A stretch of DNA of 24,507 nucleotides from Planctomycetota bacterium (GTDB lineage Bacteria; Planctomycetota; UBA1135; UBA2386), in contig CANMWZ010000047.1 of assembly GCA_947501605.1 (NCBI GenBank), forward strand, positions 1-24,507, read 5' to 3'. The translations under genes were made by a program, and so were the position numbers. How positions within the stretch are numbered: position 1 is the first letter of the stretch; each line of letters opens with the position of its first letter. This document shows positions 1 through 7,967 of this stretch, in pieces. The notes beneath the pieces are model-generated. The model searched no databases, had not been told where the DNA came from, and worked only from the letters and a program-made list of their open reading frames with translations.

Positions 1-1065
1 CTCCTCCGGCACCAGATTGATGTAGTGCTTGCTCGCGATCGCCGGCGAGTTGCCCATCAGCTTCGCGATCTTCAACAGCGACACGCCCTTCCGAGCCAAC
101 TGCGACCCGAACGTGTGGCGGAGTTCTAGCAGGTTCCACGGCAGCCCGCTGCGCGCCAGCACAGCCCGCAGGTGCCGGCTCACGTTGTCCGGATCCCACC
201 GCTTCCCTTCCGGCGAAGGGAAGATCCACGGCACCCCCGCCCGCTTCGACTTCGCCCGGTGCGCCAGCAGAGCCGCGCGCAACCGCGAGTTGACCGGCAC
301 CTTGCGGTCCCGCTTCGTCTTGGGTTGCCACGACTCGCAGCCGATCGTCTTCGCGCGCACGCGCAGGATCCCCGGCTCGAGGTCGAGCTCGAGATCCTCC
401 CACGTGAGCCAGCACAGCTCCTCGCGGCGAAGGCCGGCGAAGACCGCCGTCGCGACCAGGCCTTCCGCGTGATCGCCGGCGACTGCGCGCAGCAGCTCGT
501 CGATCTGGTCGAGGCTCAGAAAGCGCGGGTCGCGTTCGGGCAGCCGGGGGCGCGGAATCGAGGACACCACGTTCGTCGCCACGTGCCCCTGTCGCACCGC
601 CCAGCGCCAGAACGCGTGCAGGATCTCGCGGTGGCGCAGCAGCGTCGCCGGCTGCCGGCCCTTCATCGCCTCGCGCGTCAGGAAGCGCTCGACATCGGCC
701 GTCGAGATCTCCGCGAGCGGCTTGCCCGGCACCGTCGCGAAGAACGAGGCGAGGCGCGCCGAGTCGTTCAGGATCGTCTTCGGTCGCTTGTGCGCCGAGG
801 ACCAGGCCGCGTAGTCCGCACGGATCGACTCCACGCTGGCGACGGGCGGCGGCTCGGGCTCGGGCACCGACTCAGGCCGCACCACGGCCGCGACCGGCGA
901 CGCGCGCACCAGGCCGAAGCGCTCGGCCTCCATCTCGGCGCTGCGACGGCGCCGCAGCTCCTCCGCGAGCTTCTTGTTCTCGGTCCGCAGGCTCTCGCGC
1001 ACGCGCTGACCCGCTTTTCGGAACTGGATCCAGTAGACCGAACCACGACGAAACAGAGTGACCAC
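1..1065 (-). CDS. Tyrosine recombinase / phage-type integrase (3' end runs off the window)
   Basis: Translated by hand because it is not in the ORF track. GTG at 1065, in-frame TAG upstream at 1087-1089, frame open to base 1. N-terminus VTLFRRGSVYWIQFRKAGQRVRESLRTENKKLAEEL resembles an arm-binding domain. Catalytic-domain motifs are FAGLRREELCWLTWEDL, PKTKRDRKVPV, IFPS, LLELRHTFGS and KLMGNSPAIASKHY. Confidence 0.95.
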   Translation of the reverse strand, partial: MVTLFRRGSVYWIQFRKAGQRVRESLRTENKKLAEELRRRRSAEMEAERFGLVRASPVAAVVRPESVPEPEPPPVASVESIRADYAAWSSAHKRPKTILNDSARLASFFATVPGKPLAEISTADVERFLTREAMKGRQPATLLRHREILHAFWRWAVRQGHVATNVVSSIPRPRLPERDPRFLSLDQIDELLRAVAGDHAEGLVATAVFAGLRREELCWLTWEDLELDLEPGILRVRAKTIGCESWQPKTKRDRKVPVNSRLRAALLAHRAKSKRAGVPWIFPSPEGKRWDPDNVSRHLRAVLARSGLPWNLLELRHTFGSQLARKGVSLLKIAKLMGNSPAIASKHYINLVPEE

Positions 1066-1108
1066 GTAGGCACCGACCCGGGCGACCTACCCCCTGCACT
1101 CGGTCTAC

Positions 1109-1129
1109 CTTGGGCACAACTTGGGCACA
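1109..1129. repeat. Tandem 10-bp direct repeat CTTGGGCACA x2 (11-bp period), putative integrase arm-type binding sites
   Basis: CTTGGGCACA at 1109-1118 and 1120-1129, between the tRNA and the integrase start. Confidence 0.65.
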
Positions 1130-1147
1130 CTCGGCCCTAGGCCCCCC

Positions 1148-1194
1148 GAAACGAACACAGGGTGGACAGGTCGTAAAGGCCTATCCACCCTGTG
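1148..1194 (-). terminator. Intrinsic terminator downstream of tRNA-fMet
   Basis: The minus strand reads CACAGGGTGGATAGG, a 9-nt loop, then CCTGTCCACCCTGTG (15-bp stem with one G-U pair; arms 1180-1194 and 1156-1170), followed by TTCGTTTC. Confidence 0.75.
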
Positions 1195-1202
1195 GTTACT
1201 AC

Positions 1203-1279
<77 letters not shown>

Positions 1280-1294
1280 TTGGGTGAGGGGAAG

Positions 1295-1322
1295 AAGGTA
1301 GCGACGTTCTTCGCACAAGCAA
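1295..1322 (-). promoter_or_regulatory. Putative sigma70-type promoter of the tRNA
   Basis: TTGCTT (1322-1317), a 16-nt spacer, then TACCTT (1300-1295), 15 nt upstream of the mature tRNA 5' end. Confidence 0.45.
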
Positions 1323-1367
1323 GCGCGATCTTTCCTAGGCGCAAATCCCCTGGCACCCAGGGCTGCA

Positions 1368-4175
1368 CTAGCCGCCCTTCTCACCCCGCAACCTGACGAC
1401 AGCCTGCTTCAACTCCTCGGGGCACCCCGGCGAGTCGAACAGCGCACTTCGCCGTTCGATCTCGGCGAGCACAGTAGCCCGATCACTTGGGTTGAGTTGC
1501 ACACGGACTTGCCACAGGGCCACTTGCCGCGAACGGAACGGGACCGCGTCTTCAGCCGTGCCGCGAACGGCCACGGTGAGCCACTCCACCGCCCTGCCCG
1601 GATCCGAGCTGGCAAAGGCACGCCCCAAACGATCGGCGATGTTGACCATACGTGGGTCCATCGGCGAGGCCTGTTGCAGGCGGGCGAGGACGTTGACCGC
1701 ATCGGCCAGCTTGCTGCTGCGCGCATAGGCCTCTGCGAGCAGGAATCGCACGGAGTCCTGTTCGGCGAGGCTGAGCGACCGATGGTCGCTGACTTCCTTT
1801 TCGTCGAGCCACGCGCGAGCGAGTGCCATTGCATCACCCAGGTCGTCCGTGGCGAGCAACACGTCCAAACGCAGCAGGCGGAAAGGTGGATCGTCGAGTT
1901 CTTCCGGCAACTTGGTGCCCGGCGGGAGTGCCTCGAAGGCAGTGCGCACGTCCGTCGCTTCGCGACTGAGTTCCTCGGTGCTGTCCCAGGACTCGTTGCC
2001 GGGCTTCAGCAGCGCAACCAACAGCACATAGCGCATGGCGGAACGGGCGCGCTGGGCCAGGCTGGTGTCTTGGCTACGAACCTCGCGGGCCAGCTGCACC
2101 GCGTTGTGGCTGACCAACACGTGCCGCAGCATGCGTCGGCGCTCGTGTTTGAGCAGCATCTCACACGCACCAAACCACTGTCCCTGGCTCGCGCGAGGGT
2201 CTGCCGCCACTTCCGTCAGCGTCTGCAGCATGGCCAGGGTGCGGACTTGCTGATCTTCCGGGACCGGCAGACCTACGACTTCGAGAGCCACGTTGAGCGC
2301 ACCGATTGCGGATTCTGGCGAGCCCGGTTCGCGGCTACTCGCGACGAGACAGGCGAGCATCGCTCGCAGAACCGCTGGGTTGCGCTCGTCCTGCAGGCGT
2401 TCTCGCAAGGTCGAGACAATCGTGTTGAGCCAGCTCTTCTTCTGCTCCTCGCTTGCTTCAGGCAAGCGCGACAGTGAGTCCGCAGCAAACAGCCGGACCT
2501 CTCGTTCGGGGTCACCCAGCAGTTGCGCGAGAGCCTGGACCAACACGCTCGCGCGCGTTGGGTGATCGCGCCACACCTGCAGATGGATCAGGCACGCCGT
2601 CCGGAAATCGGCATCGCGGCGACCATCTTTGGCGATCTCCAACAGCAAGTCGAAGGACTCGACCTGAAGCTTGCCGTCGCGGTCCAGCAGCAACGCTGCA
2701 GAGATCGCTTCGTTCTTGCGTTCGCGCGGGAAGTCCCCGGTGCAGATCGTCCGAATCAGATGCAGCCACTCGCCTCGTTCGGGAGCGCTCTCGACGGGCG
2801 AACGCCACGGCGTGTCCCCGCTGGTCGACAACGTCTGGAGCGACTGCGCGAGCAGCGGATCACTGCCACCGCGACTGAGCGCCTGGACTGCGAGGGTGAC
2901 CACGGCGGCGCGAGCTTCGGGAGAAGGATAGCGTCGCAATCCACGCAGCGCCGCGAGCTGCATCGCCGGGTCTCCGGAGGCCAGTTGCGCCATCAACTCG
3001 CCGGCCACCTGGGCAGCCAGTTCGGAGTCCGAGGCGCGCACCACGGAAGCGATCACCTCGATCAGCAGCGGCCGCACGGTGCGTTCTGCAGGAGCATCGG
3101 CGCGGTAGCGCTGCAGCAAGGCGCGCGCAAACTGCTGCCTCCCGGCACCCTCGTCCGTCGAGGAGACATCCGCGAGCGTCGCACGGAGTTGCTCCAAGCA
3201 AGCGCGCAAGATCTCGACTTCGTCACCCAGCGTGCGAGCCTGGACCGACGGCCAGTCGATCCCCTTCCGCTTCTCGGTCAGGGTGCGCACGACATCCGTG
3301 GCTGCGAGCTTGCGGATCTGGGCGAGTTCTTCGCCGTGAAGGCGATCGCGGCGGGCGCCGCGACGCGCCGCGTCTTCTGCAAGTTCGACGTAGGTGCGAT
3401 AGGCGTTCTGCCGCTTCCAAACGACGTACTGGTCCTTCGAATCGAACGTGGCCTCGTGAAACGTCAAGTAGCGCAGCGCCGTACGAGCACTGACGGCAAC
3501 CTCCACTTCTTCGGCCTCGATGAAGTCGGCAAGCAGATCGGCGAACAGCAGATCTTGAGTGTCCCCGGCAGCGCGCAAGGCCGCTACGCGCATCGCGAGG
3601 GGCATCCCCTGGTCACCCAGGATCTGCCGAAACGCTTGCGTCAGCACGCGGGCAGGCATGCGGACAATGCACTCGCGCGCGAGTGCACCGAGCGCACCCG
3701 CAGGGACGCCCTCGATCGTGCCCTCATCGAACCAGAAGCTCGCCAGAGTCTCGGCGTAGCCGCGGACGAGGCGAAGACGAAGGTCTGCATGCGGGACCAG
3801 TTCGCCGAAGACCGGATCCACTGGGTTTCGGAGATGACGCGCGAGCGCGTCCAAGACCTGGAGTCGCACCTCATCCGGGTCCTCGGTGGTGGCGAGGCGC
3901 GCACGCAGGATGGCATGCGCACGGTCCTCTGGTTGCGACAGGAGATGTTCGATCGCGGCGTCTCGTTGCCGCGCGCCTTCGCTGCCGGGCTGGGCCAGTT
4001 CTGCGCGCAGACGCTCGAGCAGGGCCGGTTCGCCCGTGTTCTGCAACCTCAGCACCTCCCCGTCGGGGCGAGCACCAATCTGGGTCGGCGCAGTACGCGT
4101 GGGGCTGGTCTGGGCAATGGCAGCGGTAGGCCAGCTTGCGAGCAGGATCCAAACGAAGGTGCCGAAGTAGGTCAT
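1368..4175 (-). CDS. Large exported alpha-solenoid protein (HEAT-like repeats, C-terminal TPR-like helices), about 935 aa
   Basis: Signal-peptide-like MTYFGTFVWILLASWPTAAIAQ. HEAT-like motifs include LLGDPEREVRLFAADSLSRL, ASGDPAMQLAALRGL and MRVAALRAAG. A TPR-like segment is FLLAEAYARSSKLADAVNVL. An alternative GTG start lies at 4235. Confidence 0.8.
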   Translation of the reverse strand: MTYFGTFVWILLASWPTAAIAQTSPTRTAPTQIGARPDGEVLRLQNTGEPALLERLRAELAQPGSEGARQRDAAIEHLLSQPEDRAHAILRARLATTEDPDEVRLQVLDALARHLRNPVDPVFGELVPHADLRLRLVRGYAETLASFWFDEGTIEGVPAGALGALARECIVRMPARVLTQAFRQILGDQGMPLAMRVAALRAAGDTQDLLFADLLADFIEAEEVEVAVSARTALRYLTFHEATFDSKDQYVVWKRQNAYRTYVELAEDAARRGARRDRLHGEELAQIRKLAATDVVRTLTEKRKGIDWPSVQARTLGDEVEILRACLEQLRATLADVSSTDEGAGRQQFARALLQRYRADAPAERTVRPLLIEVIASVVRASDSELAAQVAGELMAQLASGDPAMQLAALRGLRRYPSPEARAAVVTLAVQALSRGGSDPLLAQSLQTLSTSGDTPWRSPVESAPERGEWLHLIRTICTGDFPRERKNEAISAALLLDRDGKLQVESFDLLLEIAKDGRRDADFRTACLIHLQVWRDHPTRASVLVQALAQLLGDPEREVRLFAADSLSRLPEASEEQKKSWLNTIVSTLRERLQDERNPAVLRAMLACLVASSREPGSPESAIGALNVALEVVGLPVPEDQQVRTLAMLQTLTEVAADPRASQGQWFGACEMLLKHERRRMLRHVLVSHNAVQLAREVRSQDTSLAQRARSAMRYVLLVALLKPGNESWDSTEELSREATDVRTAFEALPPGTKLPEELDDPPFRLLRLDVLLATDDLGDAMALARAWLDEKEVSDHRSLSLAEQDSVRFLLAEAYARSSKLADAVNVLARLQQASPMDPRMVNIADRLGRAFASSDPGRAVEWLTVAVRGTAEDAVPFRSRQVALWQVRVQLNPSDRATVLAEIERRSALFDSPGCPEELKQAVVRLRGEKGG

Positions 4176-4379
4176 TCCAGGTCCACAAACCTTGATTGCG
4201 CCGAAGCCGACCGCCACGGCTGTGCCCGCAACCACCAGCGCGGGGATGATAGCCAGGGCCCTGACGGATGCCTGCTGAGAAATGCTCCCGGCGTGAGGGC
4301 GCGCCGCAGCGCGTTCATCGGCGATCCGTGTCGCTGCAACTGAGAGCCGCTCGACATTCCGCGTCGAGCGCCGCGCAGA

Positions 4380-4922
4380 TCAGTCGGCGAATGCGGCCCG
4401 GACCAACACCGCTAAGGCACGCGCGACCGCGGCGGGCGATTCCGACCCCGTGTCATGTTCGGTCCGTGCGACCTCGCGATAGAGCGGCAGCCGTCGGGTC
4501 AAGAGTTGCGCCACTTCCTCGGCGAGAGGCAGATTGGTGAGTGGCGGTCGCAACGGGGCCGCGTGGCGCAAGCGATCCACCAACACCGGGACTGGGGCCA
4601 GCAGCAAGGCGGCGTAGACCTCTGACTCCACGAGCCGCGCGCGTAGTTCGGCCGATACCACCGCACCGCCGCCGAGCGCGACGACGGCCCCTTGCTGCAA
4701 CAGCAGCGCCAACGAGACTTCGACCTCTTGGCGCCGAAAGGCCGCCTCGCCCGCGGCGGCAAGGTATGCCCCCGCGGTGCAGCCGACGTGAGCCGCAAGC
4801 TCGCCGTCGGCGTCCCAGAAAGTGAAGCCCAACTCGCGCGCGAGCAGCACGCCGACCGTCGACTTCCCGGCAGCGCGCGGTCCGACCAGAGCGACCGTCG
4901 CGGTCGCCAAGGTAGACCTCAC
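4380..4922 (-). CDS. aroK: Shikimate kinase
   Basis: Walker A GPRAAGKS, plus DAD, GEAAFRRQE, ALGGG, RPPL and RLPLY. GTGA overlap with the aroDE stop. Confidence 0.92.
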   Translation of the reverse strand: MRSTLATATVALVGPRAAGKSTVGVLLARELGFTFWDADGELAAHVGCTAGAYLAAAGEAAFRRQEVEVSLALLLQQGAVVALGGGAVVSAELRARLVESEVYAALLLAPVPVLVDRLRHAAPLRPPLTNLPLAEEVAQLLTRRLPLYREVARTEHDTGSESPAAVARALAVLVRAAFAD

Positions 4923-6430
4923 GGGATCCCCACCGCAGTGCCGGCGAGAAAGGCACGCAGCTCGCCTTCGGGCAAGTAGGTGCCCGTGAACAACTCGACC
5001 TGCGCCGCTGCCTGGGTGAGGAACATCTCAGCACCGGGAATCGCAGTGGCGCCGGCGGCTTCGCAATCGCGAAGAAAGCGGGTCAGGCGCGGCTGATAGA
5101 CCATGTCGAGCACGGCCGTGCCGGGTAGGGGCACATAGCCCGGAACGGGACGCTCGTCGGGATCGGCTACCGCGCCGAGGCGTGCACCACCTAGCGGCGT
5201 CGCGTTCACGACCACGGCAGGTCGCAGGGCGTGGAGTGTCTCGGCTGAGATCGACGCCAGGGCGATCGCGTGGTGCAGGGCAAAGGGGCGGAGCGGGTCG
5301 AGACTACGGCCGAGCATTGTGACTGCGTAGCCAAGGCGCAGTAGGGCAAAGGCCGCGGCCCGCGCCGCGCCGCCGGTGCCGAGCACCGCGGCGGCACGAC
5401 TCTGCGACTCAACGGACCCGATGCCCGCACGACGCAACGCTCCCAGAACACCCTGGATGTCCGTGTTGTGACCGACGATCAGACCATGGGCCTCGAACAC
5501 CATGGTGTTGACCACCGAAACGGCGGCCGCTTCGTCGCTTTGCTGATGGCACTGCGCCGCCATCGTCGCCTTGTACGGAGCTGTCACCGACAGGCCGCGC
5601 AGGCGGTGGCGCGGCAACATCGCCAGCACGGCCTCGGGCCGAGCCGTCTCGAAGGGAAGGTACAGACTCTCCTGGCCCAGGCGCCGGAATGCGCGGTTGT
5701 GCAGCACCGGCCCCAGTGAGTGCAGCGCCGGATTGCCGAGGAGGCCGTACAGCTGTGTCTGCGGCGTCAATGAGTGCACGCGATAAAGCCCATGACAAAG
5801 GCCTACCGGCAACTGCCCTGGCGCCGTCTCCTCACCCGAGTCGACCGCGGCGTAGACGTACGGGGCCCCCATGGCGGCGGCGAGGATCCGCGTCGGCCAT
5901 GCCGTGCGGCCCATGGCAAACGCCACCGTCGGACGAGTTCGCTGATCGATCGACTGCAGCAGGTCGAACACCGGCGCCGCATCCGCCAGGTCGTGGGCGG
6001 TGACCGCGATCTTTGCCACCGTACCTTGTTGGGCAAAGAGCCGCTCGTGGATCGCGGCAAGATCCCGCGGCACGCCGCTCTGGTTGTGGAACGATCGGAT
6101 CAGCAGCCGGAGACGACCGAGCCCTACCGACGGGCTCCAAGTCTCCCAGTGCTCGAGGTCGATGCCCGCGGCGCCCGCGGTCAACGCGCGATGGAACAAC
6201 TCACGCCGTTCCGAAGCCGTGCCACGAAACGAACCGCCGTCCTCGGGCATCCGAATCGCCACCAAGACGGGCAGCCGGATCGCGGAAATCAGTGGCCGCA
6301 GGTCGGCGTCGAGCGGCCAGCGATCGAGTCGCAACTCGATCCAGTCCGCACCGGACATTGCCGCACGCGAGGCTCGCTGCAACGTCGCGTCGCGTCCTTC
6401 GGCGAAGATGCTGGCGATGATTTGCGCCAT
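4919..6430 (-). CDS. aroDE: Bifunctional type I 3-dehydroquinate dehydratase / shikimate dehydrogenase
   Basis: N-terminal half has ADWIELRLD, RSFHN, VAKIAV (Schiff-base Lys), FAMG and TAPGQ. C-terminal half has GNPALHSLGP, SVTAPYK, VNT, GHNTD, GTGGAARA, NATPLG and DMVY. ATG at 6430 chosen because it lies 4 nt after the upstream stop. Confidence 0.92.
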   Translation of the reverse strand: MAQIIASIFAEGRDATLQRASRAAMSGADWIELRLDRWPLDADLRPLISAIRLPVLVAIRMPEDGGSFRGTASERRELFHRALTAGAAGIDLEHWETWSPSVGLGRLRLLIRSFHNQSGVPRDLAAIHERLFAQQGTVAKIAVTAHDLADAAPVFDLLQSIDQRTRPTVAFAMGRTAWPTRILAAAMGAPYVYAAVDSGEETAPGQLPVGLCHGLYRVHSLTPQTQLYGLLGNPALHSLGPVLHNRAFRRLGQESLYLPFETARPEAVLAMLPRHRLRGLSVTAPYKATMAAQCHQQSDEAAAVSVVNTMVFEAHGLIVGHNTDIQGVLGALRRAGIGSVESQSRAAAVLGTGGAARAAAFALLRLGYAVTMLGRSLDPLRPFALHHAIALASISAETLHALRPAVVVNATPLGGARLGAVADPDERPVPGYVPLPGTAVLDMVYQPRLTRFLRDCEAAGATAIPGAEMFLTQAAAQVELFTGTYLPEGELRAFLAGTAVGIP

Positions 6431-6434
6431 GGCG

Positions 6435-7313
6435 CTAGGGAGCCTCGTCGGCGAGCGCTTCTCGCACCAGAGCGGTGGCCACTGGCGAGAGACCGCGCTG
6501 CTGTGCGAGTGGCACACAAGCGCTCATCAGCGCGCGGTAGGCTGGGTCGAGTTCTGGCGCCGCCACGAGCAGCGATCGACGATGGAGTCGCAGAGTCTCG
6601 GCGTCGCCGCGAGCCACCGGCCCAGACAAGGCCGCCGTCGGTCCGCGCCCGGCACATGCATCGAGGGCGGCGCGCATCAGCGAATCAGCGACACGAGCAG
6701 CGTCGCTCGGATCGAGGCATTGACTCGCAGCAAACGCCGTGTCCACCAAGGACCGAAGTGCCGTCAGCCCGTTGGCCGCCAACGCACATGCCGCGTGGTA
6801 AAGCGCACGCTCCCCGCCAGGCTGGGCCCACACCGGAACGAGTCCCAAGCGCTCGCACAACACAAGTAGCAGATGACGCGCCCGCGGGTCAGCGATCAGG
6901 GTAGCGGGCTTGCCATTGAGCTGCGCCTCGGCACTCGCCGCATCGGCAAACGGCATCAACGGGTGCAGTGCACCGAGGCGCACGCCTTTGCCAGCAAGCG
7001 GCAAGAGCGCTTCAAGGCCAAAGCGCGCACTGGTGTGGATCCAGAGGCTGCAAGGTCGCGGCGGCACGGCCAAGACGGCGTTCCTGACCGCGGCCTCGAG
7101 TTCTGGATCCGAGACGGCGAACACAATCACGTGCGCCGATCCGAGGTCCGCAAACGAGAGCGGCTGCCCCGCACCGGCGAACGCACAGGCGCGTTCGGCC
7201 GAGGCCCGCGACCGACCGAGGTAGCCGAGCAGCATCATGCCTGATGCGTGGAAGCGGCGACCGAAAGCCTGCCCGACGCGGCCAGGTCCGACAATGGCGA
7301 GACGGATCGGCAC
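6435..7313 (-). CDS. Rossmann-like plus DUF2520 oxidoreductase (PanG-like putative ketopantoate reductase)
   Basis: IVGPGRVG, FAVSD, HTSA, LHPLMPF, RALYHAACALAAN and ALSGPVARGD...H are typical of the DUF2520 family. Same operon as panC. Confidence 0.85.
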   Translation of the reverse strand: MPIRLAIVGPGRVGQAFGRRFHASGMMLLGYLGRSRASAERACAFAGAGQPLSFADLGSAHVIVFAVSDPELEAAVRNAVLAVPPRPCSLWIHTSARFGLEALLPLAGKGVRLGALHPLMPFADAASAEAQLNGKPATLIADPRARHLLLVLCERLGLVPVWAQPGGERALYHAACALAANGLTALRSLVDTAFAASQCLDPSDAARVADSLMRAALDACAGRGPTAALSGPVARGDAETLRLHRRSLLVAAPELDPAYRALMSACVPLAQQRGLSPVATALVREALADEAP

Positions 7314-7324
7314 GGAGGTTCTGG

Positions 7325-7918
7325 CTAGCTGGCGCCCTCGGTGTGGGCACCGCCGGTCCGCTCCGCCGGCGCCGAGCCCTCGCGACGACGACGCTCGCGC
7401 TCCTCCTGGCGACGTTCGAGTTCTTCCAAGTAGTCGACGTCGATCATGTCACTCAAGTGGTCGAAGTCGTCGAAACTCTTCGGCCGGTAGTTGGCACCAG
7501 CGCGACTCATGGCCTCGACCTCTTCGTAGTAGGCGCGCACCACGGCCTTGTGCAGTTCGATGCGCGTCTGGCTGTTGATCGGGTGCGCGAGGTCCGCATG
7601 CAACCGGGCGCGCCCGCGGTCGTCGCGCGGCGCCCGATCCGGGTCGAGCCCACCACCGCACTGGTTGCAGAAGCTCGCGCGCATGTGATTCTTGTGACCG
7701 CAGCGAGCGCAATGGTCCGCGAGCTTGCGACTCGGCATCGCGACGAAGGGCCCCTTGCTCCCTTCGATGATCTTGAGATCGCGTACGACGAAGGCGTCGT
7801 CAATCGTCACGCTGCAATACGCCTTCAGCTTGTTGCGCGGGTCGTCCGTCAGCTTGACCCGGATCTCGGTGATCTGGATCCGCGACGTCTGGCCGCTGGT
7901 TTCGCCGTCCAACTGCAT
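7325..7918 (-). CDS. spoVG: SpoVG-family nucleic-acid-binding protein with a CxxC...CxxC zinc-ribbon insertion
   Basis: ITEIRVK..KLKAYCSVTIDDAFVVRDLKIIEGSKGPFVAMPSRK and DLAHPINSQTR, with the insertion CARCGHKNHMRASFCNQCG. A strong GGGAGG SD precedes ATG 7918. Confidence 0.92.
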   Translation of the reverse strand: MQLDGETSGQTSRIQITEIRVKLTDDPRNKLKAYCSVTIDDAFVVRDLKIIEGSKGPFVAMPSRKLADHCARCGHKNHMRASFCNQCGGGLDPDRAPRDDRGRARLHADLAHPINSQTRIELHKAVVRAYYEEVEAMSRAGANYRPKSFDDFDHLSDMIDVDYLEELERRQEERERRRREGSAPAERTGGAHTEGAS

Positions 7919-7967
7919 GCTGTCCTCCCGTGTGCCCAGGTGCTGATGTGCAAGTTGCACTGCATGT

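Larger units (their letters stand above)
1..1202. mobile_element. Edge of an integrative element (prophage, ICE or genomic island) inserted at the 3' end of tRNA-fMet; continues beyond the left window edge
   Basis: The integrase starts about 140 nt downstream of the tRNA 3' end, with arm-like direct repeats in between. The second att copy is not in the window. Confidence 0.75.

Noticed and set aside
172..1140. 322-aa plus-strand ORF (and 29..472)
   Set aside because: Antisense shadow of the integrase, with Arg-rich composition and no recognisable motifs.
2523..4343. 606-aa plus-strand ORF (and 1497..2477)
   Set aside because: Antisense to the HEAT gene. Long stop-free antisense frames are expected at high third-position GC.
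4348..4370. Hairpin CGCTCGAC-N7-GTCGAGCG after aroK
   Set aside because: Only an 8-bp stem with no U-tract, which is within chance for GC-rich DNA.
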